The notes under the pieces were generated by a model. That model did not search any database. It worked only from the letters and a program-made list of their open reading frames with translations, and had not been told where the DNA came from. A program made the translations under genes and the position numbers. Positions 22,523-33,618 of a DNA stretch of 64,000 nucleotides are shown here, piece by piece. This stretch comes from Epithemia pelagica (taxonomy: Eukaryota > Protista > Bacillariophyta), in assembly GCA_946965045.2 (NCBI GenBank), contig OX337229.1:2852001-2916000 (forward strand). Direction: 5' to 3'. Every line of letters begins with the position of its first letter. Within the stretch, counting starts at the first letter, position 1.

Positions 22523-23584
22523 CTATTTTGCGTATAGTTTAGCACCAGTGGTCGGTTCTTTCACGATCCATGTTTCTGCAGCTCCGACAGATTTCAAAGC
22601 TTCAGCAACGGATAACGCAGTGTCTTCACTTGTCCAGGCTACGCCGCATCCTCCTCCACCTGAACCAACCACCTTAAAACCCCATGCTCCTGCTTTGCGG
22701 GCTGCCTGATTCATAGCCTCGAGTCTAGGCGAGCTCAGGTGTAATCCATCTCGCAGCGCTTCATGATGCCTTTGCATCAATGAGGCAAGTTCAGGTCCAC
22801 TTGCTGTTTCCCAAATAGTCCATGCCTGAATCTCAGTATTGCGATTAATCTGTGTTGCATCCAGAAGCTCTTGTTCATCCATTGACAATGTTGAAACGTC
22901 ACAATGGTCCCAAGTTCCACCCAGTTTATCAAGAAGTGCGAGACGCACACTCTTACAGCGATGCAGGTGTTTCAGGGTATCTTTGGGCTCGCCAGAATAT
23001 GCCAAAACCCATACTCCCCGACTGGGCTGCACATTGAGTCTCTGTACATCCCAGAGACCTGGGCCGATTCGTAACATACCTCCGACGGCGGATGATACAT
23101 GGTCCATTGTCCCTCCAGGTGCTTGGAAGTGAGACACTTCTGCCCGATGAGCAAGTTTAGCAACGTTCATTGGGTCCATTGGAGTCTTGCCTGCAATTTG
23201 TGCCAAAGCGTGGCAGAATGCCACACAAAAGGCTGATGACGAGGATATTCCTGCGTTCATGGGAAAATGGGTTCTCGAAGTACATTCGGCCCCACATAGA
23301 TCCCATCCATCGTCCAGCGTCTCATGGATGGCCGCCAATGCAAAGTCGGGACTTTGAGTGGTGGACTTTTGTCTTGGAGGCAATGCGTCAAGATTATATG
23401 CCCGAACGTCGTTCAGCTGAGGTATGGTCAGTGTGATGATTCGAGAAGCCTTGGCTACGTTTACGTCAATTCGGCAATGCAGAGGAACTGCACAAGAAAT
23501 CACGGGAAGGCCGAGATAGTCCTGATGCTCTCCGAAGAAGCAAATGCGTGCGGGTGCCTCTGACACAAATGATTCATTCATCAT
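22523..23584 (-). CDS. GHMP-family kinase, galactokinase-like
   Basis: APARICFFGEHQDYLG, P-x-x-AGISSSSA ATP-binding motif, GTMDH and GFKVVGSGGGGC. Confidence 0.85.
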   Translation of the reverse strand: MMNESFVSEAPARICFFGEHQDYLGLPVISCAVPLHCRIDVNVAKASRIITLTIPQLNDVRAYNLDALPPRQKSTTQSPDFALAAIHETLDDGWDLCGAECTSRTHFPMNAGISSSSAFCVAFCHALAQIAGKTPMDPMNVAKLAHRAEVSHFQAPGGTMDHVSSAVGGMLRIGPGLWDVQRLNVQPSRGVWVLAYSGEPKDTLKHLHRCKSVRLALLDKLGGTWDHCDVSTLSMDEQELLDATQINRNTEIQAWTIWETASGPELASLMQRHHEALRDGLHLSSPRLEAMNQAARKAGAWGFKVVGSGGGGCGVAWTSEDTALSVAEALKSVGAAETWIVKEPTTGAKLYAK

Positions 23585-24415
23585 GGATCGATCTTTTGGC
23601 CGACGATCAAATCCATCAAAAGGATATGTCGCTTTTGGGTCGCGGTACTATGGGTGCGATTGGGGGGGTACCTTTGCTCGTCCGTCATCCGAAAGGAAAA
23701 AAATTGTCTCGTATTTTTTCCCAAAGCGCCAGCCGGGTGATATCGCCAGCCTCCCTTCGATCGTTCGAAATAGACGCGCCGGTCACGCCTTGTATTGCTG
23801 GCACAAGGGCCAGGAATCGTCTCACTTTTCGAGCAACACCACAAAAGACGACCATGAGCACACCAAAAACCAAAAGAAAACCATCCAGCCGTACGAACGA
23901 CCACAGTGACAACTTTATGGCTAGATCACAAGTGAAGGCGGAATACATCAAAGGAAGGATGACAACATGAAACATGACAATCAACCACTGCAATGAACAA
24001 TCAACCTCTGCAATGATGAAGCAAAGGTTTGACAGCGTCATCATGGGGTATGTAAGCCCAGGAAGCAGGAAGCCTAAACTAGTAGTGGACTATGCTTTTA
24101 TCTTTCCCATAGACAAAGTGGGACTCTACTGCAATACTTATACCTAAAATCTTAAACTAAAAACGCACTTAAAGGTGCCCTCATAACCCACTCAATTTTA
24201 GGTTTGAGATCGAAAAGTGCTAAAATTTGTCCGAGCCAACCCCCCGTCTCACGAACAATTCTCGTAAACACAAACGTAGTCGTAGAATATATATGTATAT
24301 ATACACGTATACGATATACGCGTCCTCCCCCCTATGAAACCGTGTGTTCGACTGCCATGCTCGTTTGAAATTTCAATGGAACCCTCCCCCCCCCCAACAC
24401 GAACAACATCCCACC

Positions 24416-25683
24416 ATGACGAACTCCTCCGCGACGAAGGATCTTTCGAAGGCATTCGAGAAACACAAACCGACCGTCATGGAGTCGCAAATCCCAACAC
24501 AGCGTCCAAGTCAGCCGTTCCCAGGGCTCGACCAAATCCAACCCGAAGAAGAGGAACAGCATTCGGACGAAGACGATTGGGAACCAGTCAATGAAATGGA
24601 GGACGAAGAAAACACAATCGAAGAGTTGGGCGACGACGACAAACCTACGGTTGGTGAACAGAGTCGCCAACAACAGAAGAAGGTTTCCAAAAAAACGACT
24701 GGTATCAATACAGTCGCTCCCTTCGAACGGCGTGAATCGCCTCGCCTGAAGAAGCAGAGAAAGGAACAAGCGGTCAAGGAGAAAACAAACAAAAAAACAA
24801 CACTTGTGAAAAAGAAACAAGACCAGCCGAACAACAATACCTCATCCAAGCCACCGAAACCTCCAACCACAAAAGCCGGGAAAGGAAATGGCGGTATTGG
24901 GCGAGCACGCGGAAAAAATTTCACCACCGACGAAACTATGTATCTTTTGAAGCTCGTCAAAGACAAGCTTCCCAGTGGAGGGGAGGATTGGGACTGGGTG
25001 ACGCAACAATACAACAACGTTTTCAGTGACAAGGGGAGGTCCCGTGACAAGGAATCACTGAAGCGTCGATTCGCCGCTTTACACAACCGAAGAACCCCTA
25101 CAGGTGACCCGGACTGTCCGGATGAGGTAAAGGAAGCCAAGCACCTGATGATCGCCATTCAACAGAAATGCGATGCAGGTGAACTGTCAGGAAGCAAGGA
25201 TATTGGTTTTTCTTCGTCATCTTCATCATCATCAGATGAAGATGAAGATGAAGACGAAGAGGATGATGACGACAAGAAACCTGCTGCGGAAGCAAAGACC
25301 CCCAAGGCAAAGGAAGAAATCGGTATGGCTACAACCACTCTTCGTTCGTCAACGAAGAAACGCAAGAAAAAAGACCGCAAACATGACAGTGACATCCTTG
25401 AATATATGCTTGTGTCTCAAGCTAAGAGACAGGAGAACGAGGAGATCGTAAGAGCTGAGCGTCGTGAGCGCGAACAGGAACGTCGAGACCGCGAACAGCG
25501 ACGGTACGAGGAGTTGCAGGCGACAAGGCATCGAACAGGTTGCGAGCTGACCAGATGCAGCAGCAGATGATCCAGATGCAACATCAAATGATGATGCAAC
25601 AACAGACCTTCATGATGCTGCTGATGCCCGACCGTTTCCCCAAGACTAAAGACTCCAAGGATGAAGAAAGCAAGGAGTCCTAA
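24416..25683 (+). CDS. Harbinger accessory Myb/SANT-like DNA-binding protein; probable frameshift near 25522
   Basis: RARGKNFTTDETMYLLKLVKDKLPSGGEDWDWVTQQYN...RDKESLKRRFAAL..PTGDPDCPDEVKEAK is a Myb-like, DUF6818-type domain. The track ORF stops at 25570, but a coherent Q/M-rich tail (RADQMQQQMIQMQHQMMMQQQTFMMLL...) continues in another frame to TAA 25681-25683. Confidence 0.75.
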
Positions 25684-26833
25684 AAAATTAAGATCAGATC
25701 GTACGAACAAATAATTATTAGTAACTACAAATCTTGCAATGTAAATCCATTCTTTCGAGTCGCATTGAGGGAAGGGTAGAAGGTTGTGGAGATCTGGTTG
25801 AACCCAACGTTGGTGGCACGGAAATTGTAAAGGAGGACGATCAGAGACATGACCATCTTCCGCTCTCCTTGTTCTTCGTACCGCAATCGGTCTTTAAGAC
25901 GGGGGAATGACGCTTGCAGTCCATTCATCCCCCATTCAGAGAGCTGCCTCACTGAAGTGGCGGCTCGGAACAACTCACTCTTCTGTCGAATGCGACCCTC
26001 TTGATCCGTGTTGCTTTGATATGACTTCAAAAGGGACTGTCGCCGTTCCGAGCCGAATGCAGAATCAACGACAACTTGCGCGCCTCCTCGATTACGTTCA
26101 CGGGCATGAATGGAATCTATCTTGTTGTAGGTATCCGAATAGATAGCGAGCGTCGAGTCATGCCAGGATCCAGGCGCGTTAATATACGACGCCCGGATCC
26201 GCCCATCAGGAGAGAACAAGAAGAGGTTTGAAATAAAGTGGTCACACTTCCACCCGTTGTAGAACAGGTTTTGGTGCTTCGCACTGGCCTCTATAGGAAC
26301 CTTTAAACCATCCATGGCCCCCCAAACATTTCATAGCACTGGATACTTGCGTCGTATGGCTTTCTTGAATCGTCTGACTTCCTTCTTCGTAGGGAGCTTT
26401 ACTTCGGCATCTGGATGCCGATGTAGGACCTTGACCAGAATTCTTCGACCAAACCGCAGCCAAACAGACAAGGGGTTAGCAGTTAGGCCAAAGACCAGTT
26501 GGAGCAACATTGTGGATCCACGCGTACGTGTCCAAGCCAATACTAGTGCAAGGCATATTTTCGCATCAATGAACCTTCGACCTCTCCTCTTCCCTTTCGG
26601 ACTCAATCGACGCATGGAGGTGCGATTCTTGGCCGATTGAGGGTATGGCGTCCAATTATCAAAATAAGGCGCAAACAGATGAAGCAGCTTTTGGAAAGAA
26701 GCGTGGTTGAATCCACACAAGGCTATGAGGGACGCATCTTCTCCACTGTTGTAAAGTTTCATAAAAGCGGAGTGCTTAGGATGGTGGAGAGACCCTCTAC
26801 CGATTCCACCAGAACGCAAATGACGACGAAGAC

Positions 26834-27616
26834 TGTTACAATTCTCTTGGAATTGCAGAGGCATTGATGCTCGGTAGAGCAGACAATCAGGTAGGTCACC
26901 AACCGATACAAGCTTCTCAGGGTCAGAGAAGCAAGCAAGTCAAAGTCTATCAGAAGGATAGTCGGGACACAAAAGAAGATGTGATAAATGGTGATATTGT
27001 TAGATTGTGTGTTGATTACTACGATAGGTCTACGTGAAATGTTCGGTCCTGCCAAGGGTCATGTGTCATAGGTTCTTGGCGGCAACAGGTTTGGAATAGT
27101 TGGAGTCGATTCATGTGATGTATATGACATGTATATGTGGACGGATAACATATACAGGGTCAACAGCTCTTGCTTTGGGTTGGCATAGTTGTTTTCATGG
27201 CGCGCAGCTTGTTGACAATTTGGAGATTGTGGGAATGGAAATATGGTCTCGCGTGATCGTGTGTCGTGCTTGGGATACTTAGACCGTTGGGTCGGATAGA
27301 TGCCGACAGCGCTCGGATGTCGCTTGGGCGCGCTCGATGATTTCGGGCGTGTACGCTTAGGGCGTTAGTATAATGTCCGAGCAACGGCCAAATTTACGTC
27401 CGTTGTAATACCGCACGACCCAGTTTAGTCTTGAGAGTGAGTTCGTCAATCTATTCTCACTTTTCATGATTTGCGAAGAAATATAGGTCGATATAGCGCG
27501 AAGCTAGGGAACATAGCTCGAAGCTAGATGGCATGATGCGATAGCACGAGGCTATGTGACATGGGGAATCGATGAGATGTAGAATCTAACCACCATAGAC
27601 GGTGAGAATTCTAACA
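26834..27616 (-). repeat. 3' LTR of the Copia element
   Basis: Direct repeat of 34434-35216 at offset 7600; two mismatches seen, at 27293/34893 and 27576/35176. Confidence 0.97.
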
Positions 27617-30600
27617 CTCCCCACAACTCGTCGTTTCAGCCTTGTCATCATTGGAATTGTTGAGGTCTTGAACTTCTCCTTTCCAAAACAACAATGGCTT
27701 GAGCATGGGCCAAATAGATACGAAATCCCAATGTTTGCTAAGGATATCGGCAGGGTTGGTCTTTCCATCTTTCCAGTAGAATGCAACATACTTTGCTGCG
27801 ATGGCTTCACGAACTCGGTGGTATGACAGAAGATGGTGTCTCTTGGATAGTATGGAATGAGGAACGGTTGCATTGAGCACAACAGATCTGTTATCTCCGT
27901 ACATGTAACTTCGCTCTCGGATAGGTACTCCAAGGTAGCGGAGAGAATGTCGTAATTCTGTAATCTGATCTATTGCTGTCCTTGCAGCCACAAACTTGGA
28001 TCCATAGGTAGCAGTTTCCACCGTGCTCTGTCTCTTGCTGTACCAGTCAATAGGTGTTCCGTTCAACAAATGTAGAACAGCAGTGACGGATTTACCAGTG
28101 ACTATGTCATGCATGAGATTGGCATCAACATAATGAGTTGTGGTAACATAGCGGCCAAGAGGTGTTGGGCAGTCTTCAGGAATACGTTCACTTGCATTCG
28201 AATAGACAGTGCGAGTCCAATCAAATTCTTGGGTAGGAAGACTTGAATAATCAGGCTCTCCAATCCTAAATCTGATTGCGCCTTCTGGGAGATGTGCAAG
28301 GTATCCATAGATACGCTTGGCTCTATCAAGATGTCCTTTCCTTGGAGCAGCACGAAAGCGTGATAGCGTCATTGTAGCGGTGAAGACGTCGAAACGACCA
28401 ATAGTGATCACCCATTGGACTTGTCCAATCAGAGTTTGGAAATGGCTAGTACCTTCTTCATCAAGGAGCTCAGAATCATCCAATTCAGGATGGTCTCCAC
28501 CAATAAGAGGTGTTTTGGCTTTCTTGAGTTTCTCCTTGAAGATTCGTTCGAAAGTGTCCATCATCTTACCAATGTAGCGTCTTGGGTCTGCTACTAATGT
28601 TCCATCAGAATCCTTGGTGTAACAACATCCCAAGTGGAAATCAATAGGTCCATCTCCTTTGAGTTTGAAGTTGTATTTCTCCTTCAGGATCTTGCAGAAA
28701 TTCCCAGGATCAGTAGAAATAATGGCTAAGTCATCAACGTATACGGCAATGTATTCGTAACAGTCTTCTCCAGGTGCTTTCCTCATCCAGATATCCGGAT
28801 CTGCTTTGCTTGGTGAAAATCCCATGTCTGTCAAAACATCGAATAAGACATCATGCCAGCGTGCGCCTGATGACTTCAATCCATAAAGTGCCTTGTATAT
28901 AATCAGGATGTGACCTTCTAATTCCTTGAATTCAGGTCCTGCGACAATGAAAATTTTCTCCCCTGTCAAGGCTTCCAGGTATGCGTTTCCAATATCTGCT
29001 CCCCATATTTCCAAGTCATTCAAAGTACCCAGGAATGAGGCAATGCGGAGGTTGCGAATGGAAACAACATCTGAATAGATTGTCTCAACAGGTTCTTTTG
29101 TGAGATGTCCATCTGCGACAAGTCTTGCTTTATGTCGTCCATCATGTTTTACGTCAAAGACAAGATGTACAGGTATCTTATGATATCCTTCAGGTGTATT
29201 GGATACTTTCCCTTTAATGAAGATGGCTTTCCCAAAATCCTTGAATGTCTTGTAGGACTGGATCTGTGACAATTCTAATTCTGTTGCATCCTGCCACTTT
29301 GTGTTGCCATGTTGTTTATCAAGAGCAACAGCTTCCTCATAATTGCGTGGTACTTGGAATCCAAACTTATACTTGACGGAATGGTGAACTTGTTTAATCC
29401 TTGACTGTTTGGCTGCTCGAATGAGACGTTTGCTTGTTTTGACATAACGTTTCAAATGCTTCCATCCAGGTTCGTTGAGTAAACCATGTTTCTTTCCATA
29501 AATTGCTACAGTGATCGGATCATCATTGGCGATGAGTGATAAAGGTTCATAGGTAGTCTCCCCAGTTTCCCAATCAACAAGCAAATTATATTTGCTCCCC
29601 TTGTAATCTGGATCAGTTGTGTTCAGTGGGCCTTGATGGGCAATGACGTCCCTGAACCTGAAAAGATTATCTCCAGAGGTTTGAGCTTGGTTATCTCGTT
29701 CGATATACTCCATGAGTTGATTATAGGATATCATCTCATCAACATCAGAATTTGTCTTTTGGTAGATGTACTTGACACGTTCCTCCTGTTTCGTTGCTTC
29801 TTCATTAAGATCAATGACTCGTTTGATGACACGTGCACGGTGTCGCTCCCCATTTTCTTCTGTGTCGCATAGGAATGTGCGTCCTATCATGTCGTCAAAA
29901 TCGATCGTGGGCATTGGTTTGGATGGATCTTCACTATCACTGCGAATGAAGACAGTGTCAGCTTTCTTATCATTGTCATCCTTCTCAGAAGAATCCTCCC
30001 CTGAAGGTCGATCCACACGTAGGTTAGGTGTAGTGGATTCAACACGGCGAACGGCAGAACGGTAGATGATCTGGTTATCCTGGGTGAGAATCTTCCAAGT
30101 AAAAGAATCACCAACGTTGTGAGCAAAACCAACCCAGTGGCCAAGTTTCTCATCAGAAGAAGATGGATATGAACCAGAATTGGGTTCAGCGGGGTCGACA
30201 CGGTAGTAAACCTCATCCCAGAAAGGAAAGAACAAGAGATGAGTAATGTCGGGTGGGCGTCCGGAGAGAGCCTCAAGAGGAGTGCGACCGGAATGGGTGG
30301 GTGATGATGTATGGTTCAATAAGTCACAGACATACTCAAGACAAAGAAGCCAGGTGTTGGCAGGGCAACCAGTGGCATTCATAAGAGCGTTGGTCATACG
30401 TTTAACGGTCTGGTAACGGTTTTCAGCCTTATTCTGGTGTTGATGATAAGGTTCGGATCGATACTCCCCAATAAGCAAAGTGCGAAGGATGTCTTTGACC
30501 TTTTGAGAGATGAGAGATGAACCACCATCACTGATAAGAGTCTCCATGGCACCACGAAACCGGATGTTGTCCTGAAGAGTATTGACAAACTGTTTGGTTG

Positions 30601-33298
30601 ACTTGATCCCATAGATATCAGTAACCAGAGTATCTCGACCAACAAAGATTTGTGCGACTTTACCGCCATGGTCAACAGCAGGGGTGTCGGAGGAAACCGA
30701 GTCAGTAGCAACGGGTTCATGGCGTCGAGGTATATTAAGGACCGGATTGCGAGCCTTGAAATGTTTCTTGAGGTTGTCGTGGTCAAAAGTAATGCTACCA
30801 TTACGTGTAGTGTGCTTGAACGTATCGGCAATAACATCTTCAGATTGCCAACCAAAGAATGGACGGAACTTCTTCCAGTCATACGCTTCCTGGTAACGAC
30901 GGTGGACAGAGGCATGAAGTGTAGGATCATTACCTTCTGCGTCAGCATAGATAGAAAAGAAGGGTGCGTCGTCAGGTCCATGATCGTATGGGAGATCCAA
31001 AAGGAGATTGAGGTTACAAACAACACGATCAGTGTACTCCCCATAGTTGTCATATGGATGGTTCGACATACTACCATCAGTCTTGACGTGTTTCCAATCA
31101 GGATCATTGTCAGAGGGTGTGGGAGAATACGAATGGTCCAGAACACCAGGATCCCATGTGTCGGGTGACGTGAAGATGATCTGAGGTAAGGTATTCATGT
31201 CATCGTCGCTGGGGATACCCAAGGAGTGGATGTAGGCTAACCCATCCTTGATGTGAAGGGGTATAGCACGACCATCAAGTGTAGTGATGCGTTGTTTACC
31301 ATCAACTTTAACAGATCGTTCATCAACAGCAAGTCCGAAATGCTCGAATTGACCAGGAGCATGGATAGATAAGCCCTTTCCATAGTAAGCATATTCATTG
31401 AAGATGCCGACAATAGGTCCATCATTGGTCTCAAACTTTGCGGCACATGTGACGACAGGAAGTCCAGTAAGTTCATGGTTATCAATACCCACAATAGTGA
31501 TATGGCGGCCAGTCTTAGAAAGGATGCGCATGTCAGAACCAGCAAGTCCTCCATTAGCACCACGGTCAATCAATTGATTTCCTGGTAAAGTAGATTTCCT
31601 GGAAAACAAATAGCGTGGAACACGTCCTGCTTGTTTATGCATGTTGGCTTTGAAAGTAACCTTCTTGCTCGTCTTGGACTTGGCGTTAGAAAGAACACTA
31701 GTCAGGTCAGTTGCCGGGTGATTGATATCAGTCGTCATGGCTTGGTTGATAAATTGTGTAACCGGATCTGAATCATCTGGATGCTCAGGGACTACGCCAG
31801 GTGAGTCGTCATCAGATGCAACTTGGTTGGGGTCAGGATCAGGTTCCGGATCAATGTCGAGGGCATGTGTTTGCACTTTCCTTGGTGTTGTTGATGAAGG
31901 TGCTTGAATCATCTTGTTATACTCAATGATCAACTTGCGATCTTCTTCAGAAAGTTTGAACCATAGGTCAGGCGGTAGACTAACCTTGGACGAAGAGGAT
32001 GGAGACTCAGATGTCGCTTTGGTGTTGTGGACATGATACTCCATATCATCTTGTGAGGTTATGTCAGCATCTGTATCTTGGCCATATAGTGATTCATGTT
32101 GTTTGACATGTCCACGGCGACTATGAACAGATGACTGGGTTGCTTGATCATGGTCATAAACTGCGTCTAGAAGGAGACGGAAGTATGATTGATAGCAAAG
32201 GGATTTTGCACCGGATTTGGTGTTCACCACATTATCCAAGATCTTGACTTGGCGGAGATCAGGTACCTTTTCTACAGCTTGCATGAGGAAGGTCATCCTG
32301 GTATGATCAGGGATGCGATCAGACAATGTCACTAGATTGTCTAGCAAACGTAGCTGCTCTTGAAAGTGTAGAAGAAATTGACGTGTTGTTCCGCGCCATG
32401 TATCGTCAAGACGTAGATTGGAAATGTAGTTGGTTAAACGGAGGACTTCTCGTTTTGCTAGGTCGGATTCGGTATGCAAAGAGTGTACCTTCTGCAATAC
32501 GGCACGCGCATCTTCATCATGTTCATGTTCACGTACATAGGCTCGACCTTGGTCAGTCTGAATGATACGGACAAGAACGGAGTAAAGAAATACTTGTTGC
32601 TCTTGAAAAAGTTCTTCGGCATACTCATCATCATGGGGTGGTGTGTATTTGAAATTCAGAACGTCGGATAGGCCTTGAGCCTTAGCTGTAGTCTTGAATA
32701 CACGCCAGAATGAATCGTAGTATCGTTCATCCTTGAATACCTCATATGCAGTTGCGTTGCGCTTAGTTCCCTTTCTGAATGCTGTAAGGTCTTGTTGAGA
32801 TTGGGATGCGGCAGTAACTGTGCTGACAGATTTCACAGATGACGGTGACTTCATTGGCGAGACTGGAACTTGGCTAGGTGGTCCCTTAGAGAAATCTGTG
32901 TTGATCCTCCAAGTGTTGAACTCTTTCCTCGTTAGGTTCGTCCAGTCGCTATTGGATAGCTCGTCTTGAATTTCATTGGTCTTGTATATGGCCCAATAAG
33001 CCAAGAGCTTGATCTGCTGTCTTGTGGGGCCTTGTAGATCATGTGTCTGTTTGTTGACCTTGTATTGTGTCAGTTCGTTCATGGATTCCTCGGTATTAGT
33101 TTGCATATACGAGATAACATGGGTAATGTTCTCAAAACCATGGTATTTCATCCACTTCATTAAGTAGTCGGCCCTTTCTTTGGTAAAGAATTGGCAGACA
33201 GTAAATATGATGTGGTCGAATAGGTCTGTGTTCGAGACATTGTCTTGGTTATCTTCTCCCTTAGGAGTCGTAGGTGTCTTGGGTGATTGAGGATCCAT
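27611..33298 (-). CDS. Copia Gag-Pol polyprotein, 1895 aa
   Basis: Gag (AFRKGTKRNATAY..F.DERYYDSFW), protease LIDRGANGGLAG, integrase (EPVATD..LISDGG..EPYHQHQNKAENR), RT (HLVFDVKHDGRHKARLVA..LYGLKSSG..YIAVYVDDL) and RNase H (YVDANLMHD..GDNRSV..NPADILSK). The stop falls in the first bases of the 3' LTR. Confidence 0.98.
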   Translation of the reverse strand: MDPQSPKTPTTPKGEDNQDNVSNTDLFDHIIFTVCQFFTKERADYLMKWMKYHGFENITHVISYMQTNTEESMNELTQYKVNKQTHDLQGPTRQQIKLLAYWAIYKTNEIQDELSNSDWTNLTRKEFNTWRINTDFSKGPPSQVPVSPMKSPSSVKSVSTVTAASQSQQDLTAFRKGTKRNATAYEVFKDERYYDSFWRVFKTTAKAQGLSDVLNFKYTPPHDDEYAEELFQEQQVFLYSVLVRIIQTDQGRAYVREHEHDEDARAVLQKVHSLHTESDLAKREVLRLTNYISNLRLDDTWRGTTRQFLLHFQEQLRLLDNLVTLSDRIPDHTRMTFLMQAVEKVPDLRQVKILDNVVNTKSGAKSLCYQSYFRLLLDAVYDHDQATQSSVHSRRGHVKQHESLYGQDTDADITSQDDMEYHVHNTKATSESPSSSSKVSLPPDLWFKLSEEDRKLIIEYNKMIQAPSSTTPRKVQTHALDIDPEPDPDPNQVASDDDSPGVVPEHPDDSDPVTQFINQAMTTDINHPATDLTSVLSNAKSKTSKKVTFKANMHKQAGRVPRYLFSRKSTLPGNQLIDRGANGGLAGSDMRILSKTGRHITIVGIDNHELTGLPVVTCAAKFETNDGPIVGIFNEYAYYGKGLSIHAPGQFEHFGLAVDERSVKVDGKQRITTLDGRAIPLHIKDGLAYIHSLGIPSDDDMNTLPQIIFTSPDTWDPGVLDHSYSPTPSDNDPDWKHVKTDGSMSNHPYDNYGEYTDRVVCNLNLLLDLPYDHGPDDAPFFSIYADAEGNDPTLHASVHRRYQEAYDWKKFRPFFGWQSEDVIADTFKHTTRNGSITFDHDNLKKHFKARNPVLNIPRRHEPVATDSVSSDTPAVDHGGKVAQIFVGRDTLVTDIYGIKSTKQFVNTLQDNIRFRGAMETLISDGGSSLISQKVKDILRTLLIGEYRSEPYHQHQNKAENRYQTVKRMTNALMNATGCPANTWLLCLEYVCDLLNHTSSPTHSGRTPLEALSGRPPDITHLLFFPFWDEVYYRVDPAEPNSGSYPSSSDEKLGHWVGFAHNVGDSFTWKILTQDNQIIYRSAVRRVESTTPNLRVDRPSGEDSSEKDDNDKKADTVFIRSDSEDPSKPMPTIDFDDMIGRTFLCDTEENGERHRARVIKRVIDLNEEATKQEERVKYIYQKTNSDVDEMISYNQLMEYIERDNQAQTSGDNLFRFRDVIAHQGPLNTTDPDYKGSKYNLLVDWETGETTYEPLSLIANDDPITVAIYGKKHGLLNEPGWKHLKRYVKTSKRLIRAAKQSRIKQVHHSVKYKFGFQVPRNYEEAVALDKQHGNTKWQDATELELSQIQSYKTFKDFGKAIFIKGKVSNTPEGYHKIPVHLVFDVKHDGRHKARLVADGHLTKEPVETIYSDVVSIRNLRIASFLGTLNDLEIWGADIGNAYLEALTGEKIFIVAGPEFKELEGHILIIYKALYGLKSSGARWHDVLFDVLTDMGFSPSKADPDIWMRKAPGEDCYEYIAVYVDDLAIISTDPGNFCKILKEKYNFKLKGDGPIDFHLGCCYTKDSDGTLVADPRRYIGKMMDTFERIFKEKLKKAKTPLIGGDHPELDDSELLDEEGTSHFQTLIGQVQWVITIGRFDVFTATMTLSRFRAAPRKGHLDRAKRIYGYLAHLPEGAIRFRIGEPDYSSLPTQEFDWTRTVYSNASERIPEDCPTPLGRYVTTTHYVDANLMHDIVTGKSVTAVLHLLNGTPIDWYSKRQSTVETATYGSKFVAARTAIDQITELRHSLRYLGVPIRERSYMYGDNRSVVLNATVPHSILSKRHHLLSYHRVREAIAAKYVAFYWKDGKTNPADILSKHWDFVSIWPMLKPLLFWKGEVQDLNNSNDDKAETTSCGEC

Positions 33299-33618
33299 GG
33301 TGTTATTTGGTTGGTTCGATGTTTATTTAATGTGCGGTGTGATGTGGTTTATTTAATGTGTGATGTGATGTGAACCCGGATGTACCACGTGTGCCACGTA
33401 TGTACCACGTATGTGATACCCGGATGTGTGTTGTGATGTGCGACTCCTGGAAATTTCCGTTGATTCCGACAAATTTTCGCCGAGTTTCAACAAATTTTCA
33501 CCGAATTTTCGCGATTTGACGGGAATGTGTGGCGTGTTGTGCGACCAAGGGTACCCGGATGTGCGTTGATTTTAAGTCTTGGAAAGGTTTTGAGAGGACG
33601 GGAGTTAACTATGAGTAA

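Noticed and set aside
23548-24044. Overlapping 107-140 aa ORFs between the GHMP kinase and the Harbinger
   Set aside because: Conflicting frames on both strands, no motifs; likely promoter or intergenic sequence.
24511-25158. 215-aa minus-strand ORF
   Set aside because: Low-complexity antisense shadow of the Harbinger Myb-like ORF.
26759-27384. ORFs repeated at 26759-27384 and 34428-34984
   Set aside because: Short ORFs inside the two LTRs, identical only because the LTRs are; no evidence of function.
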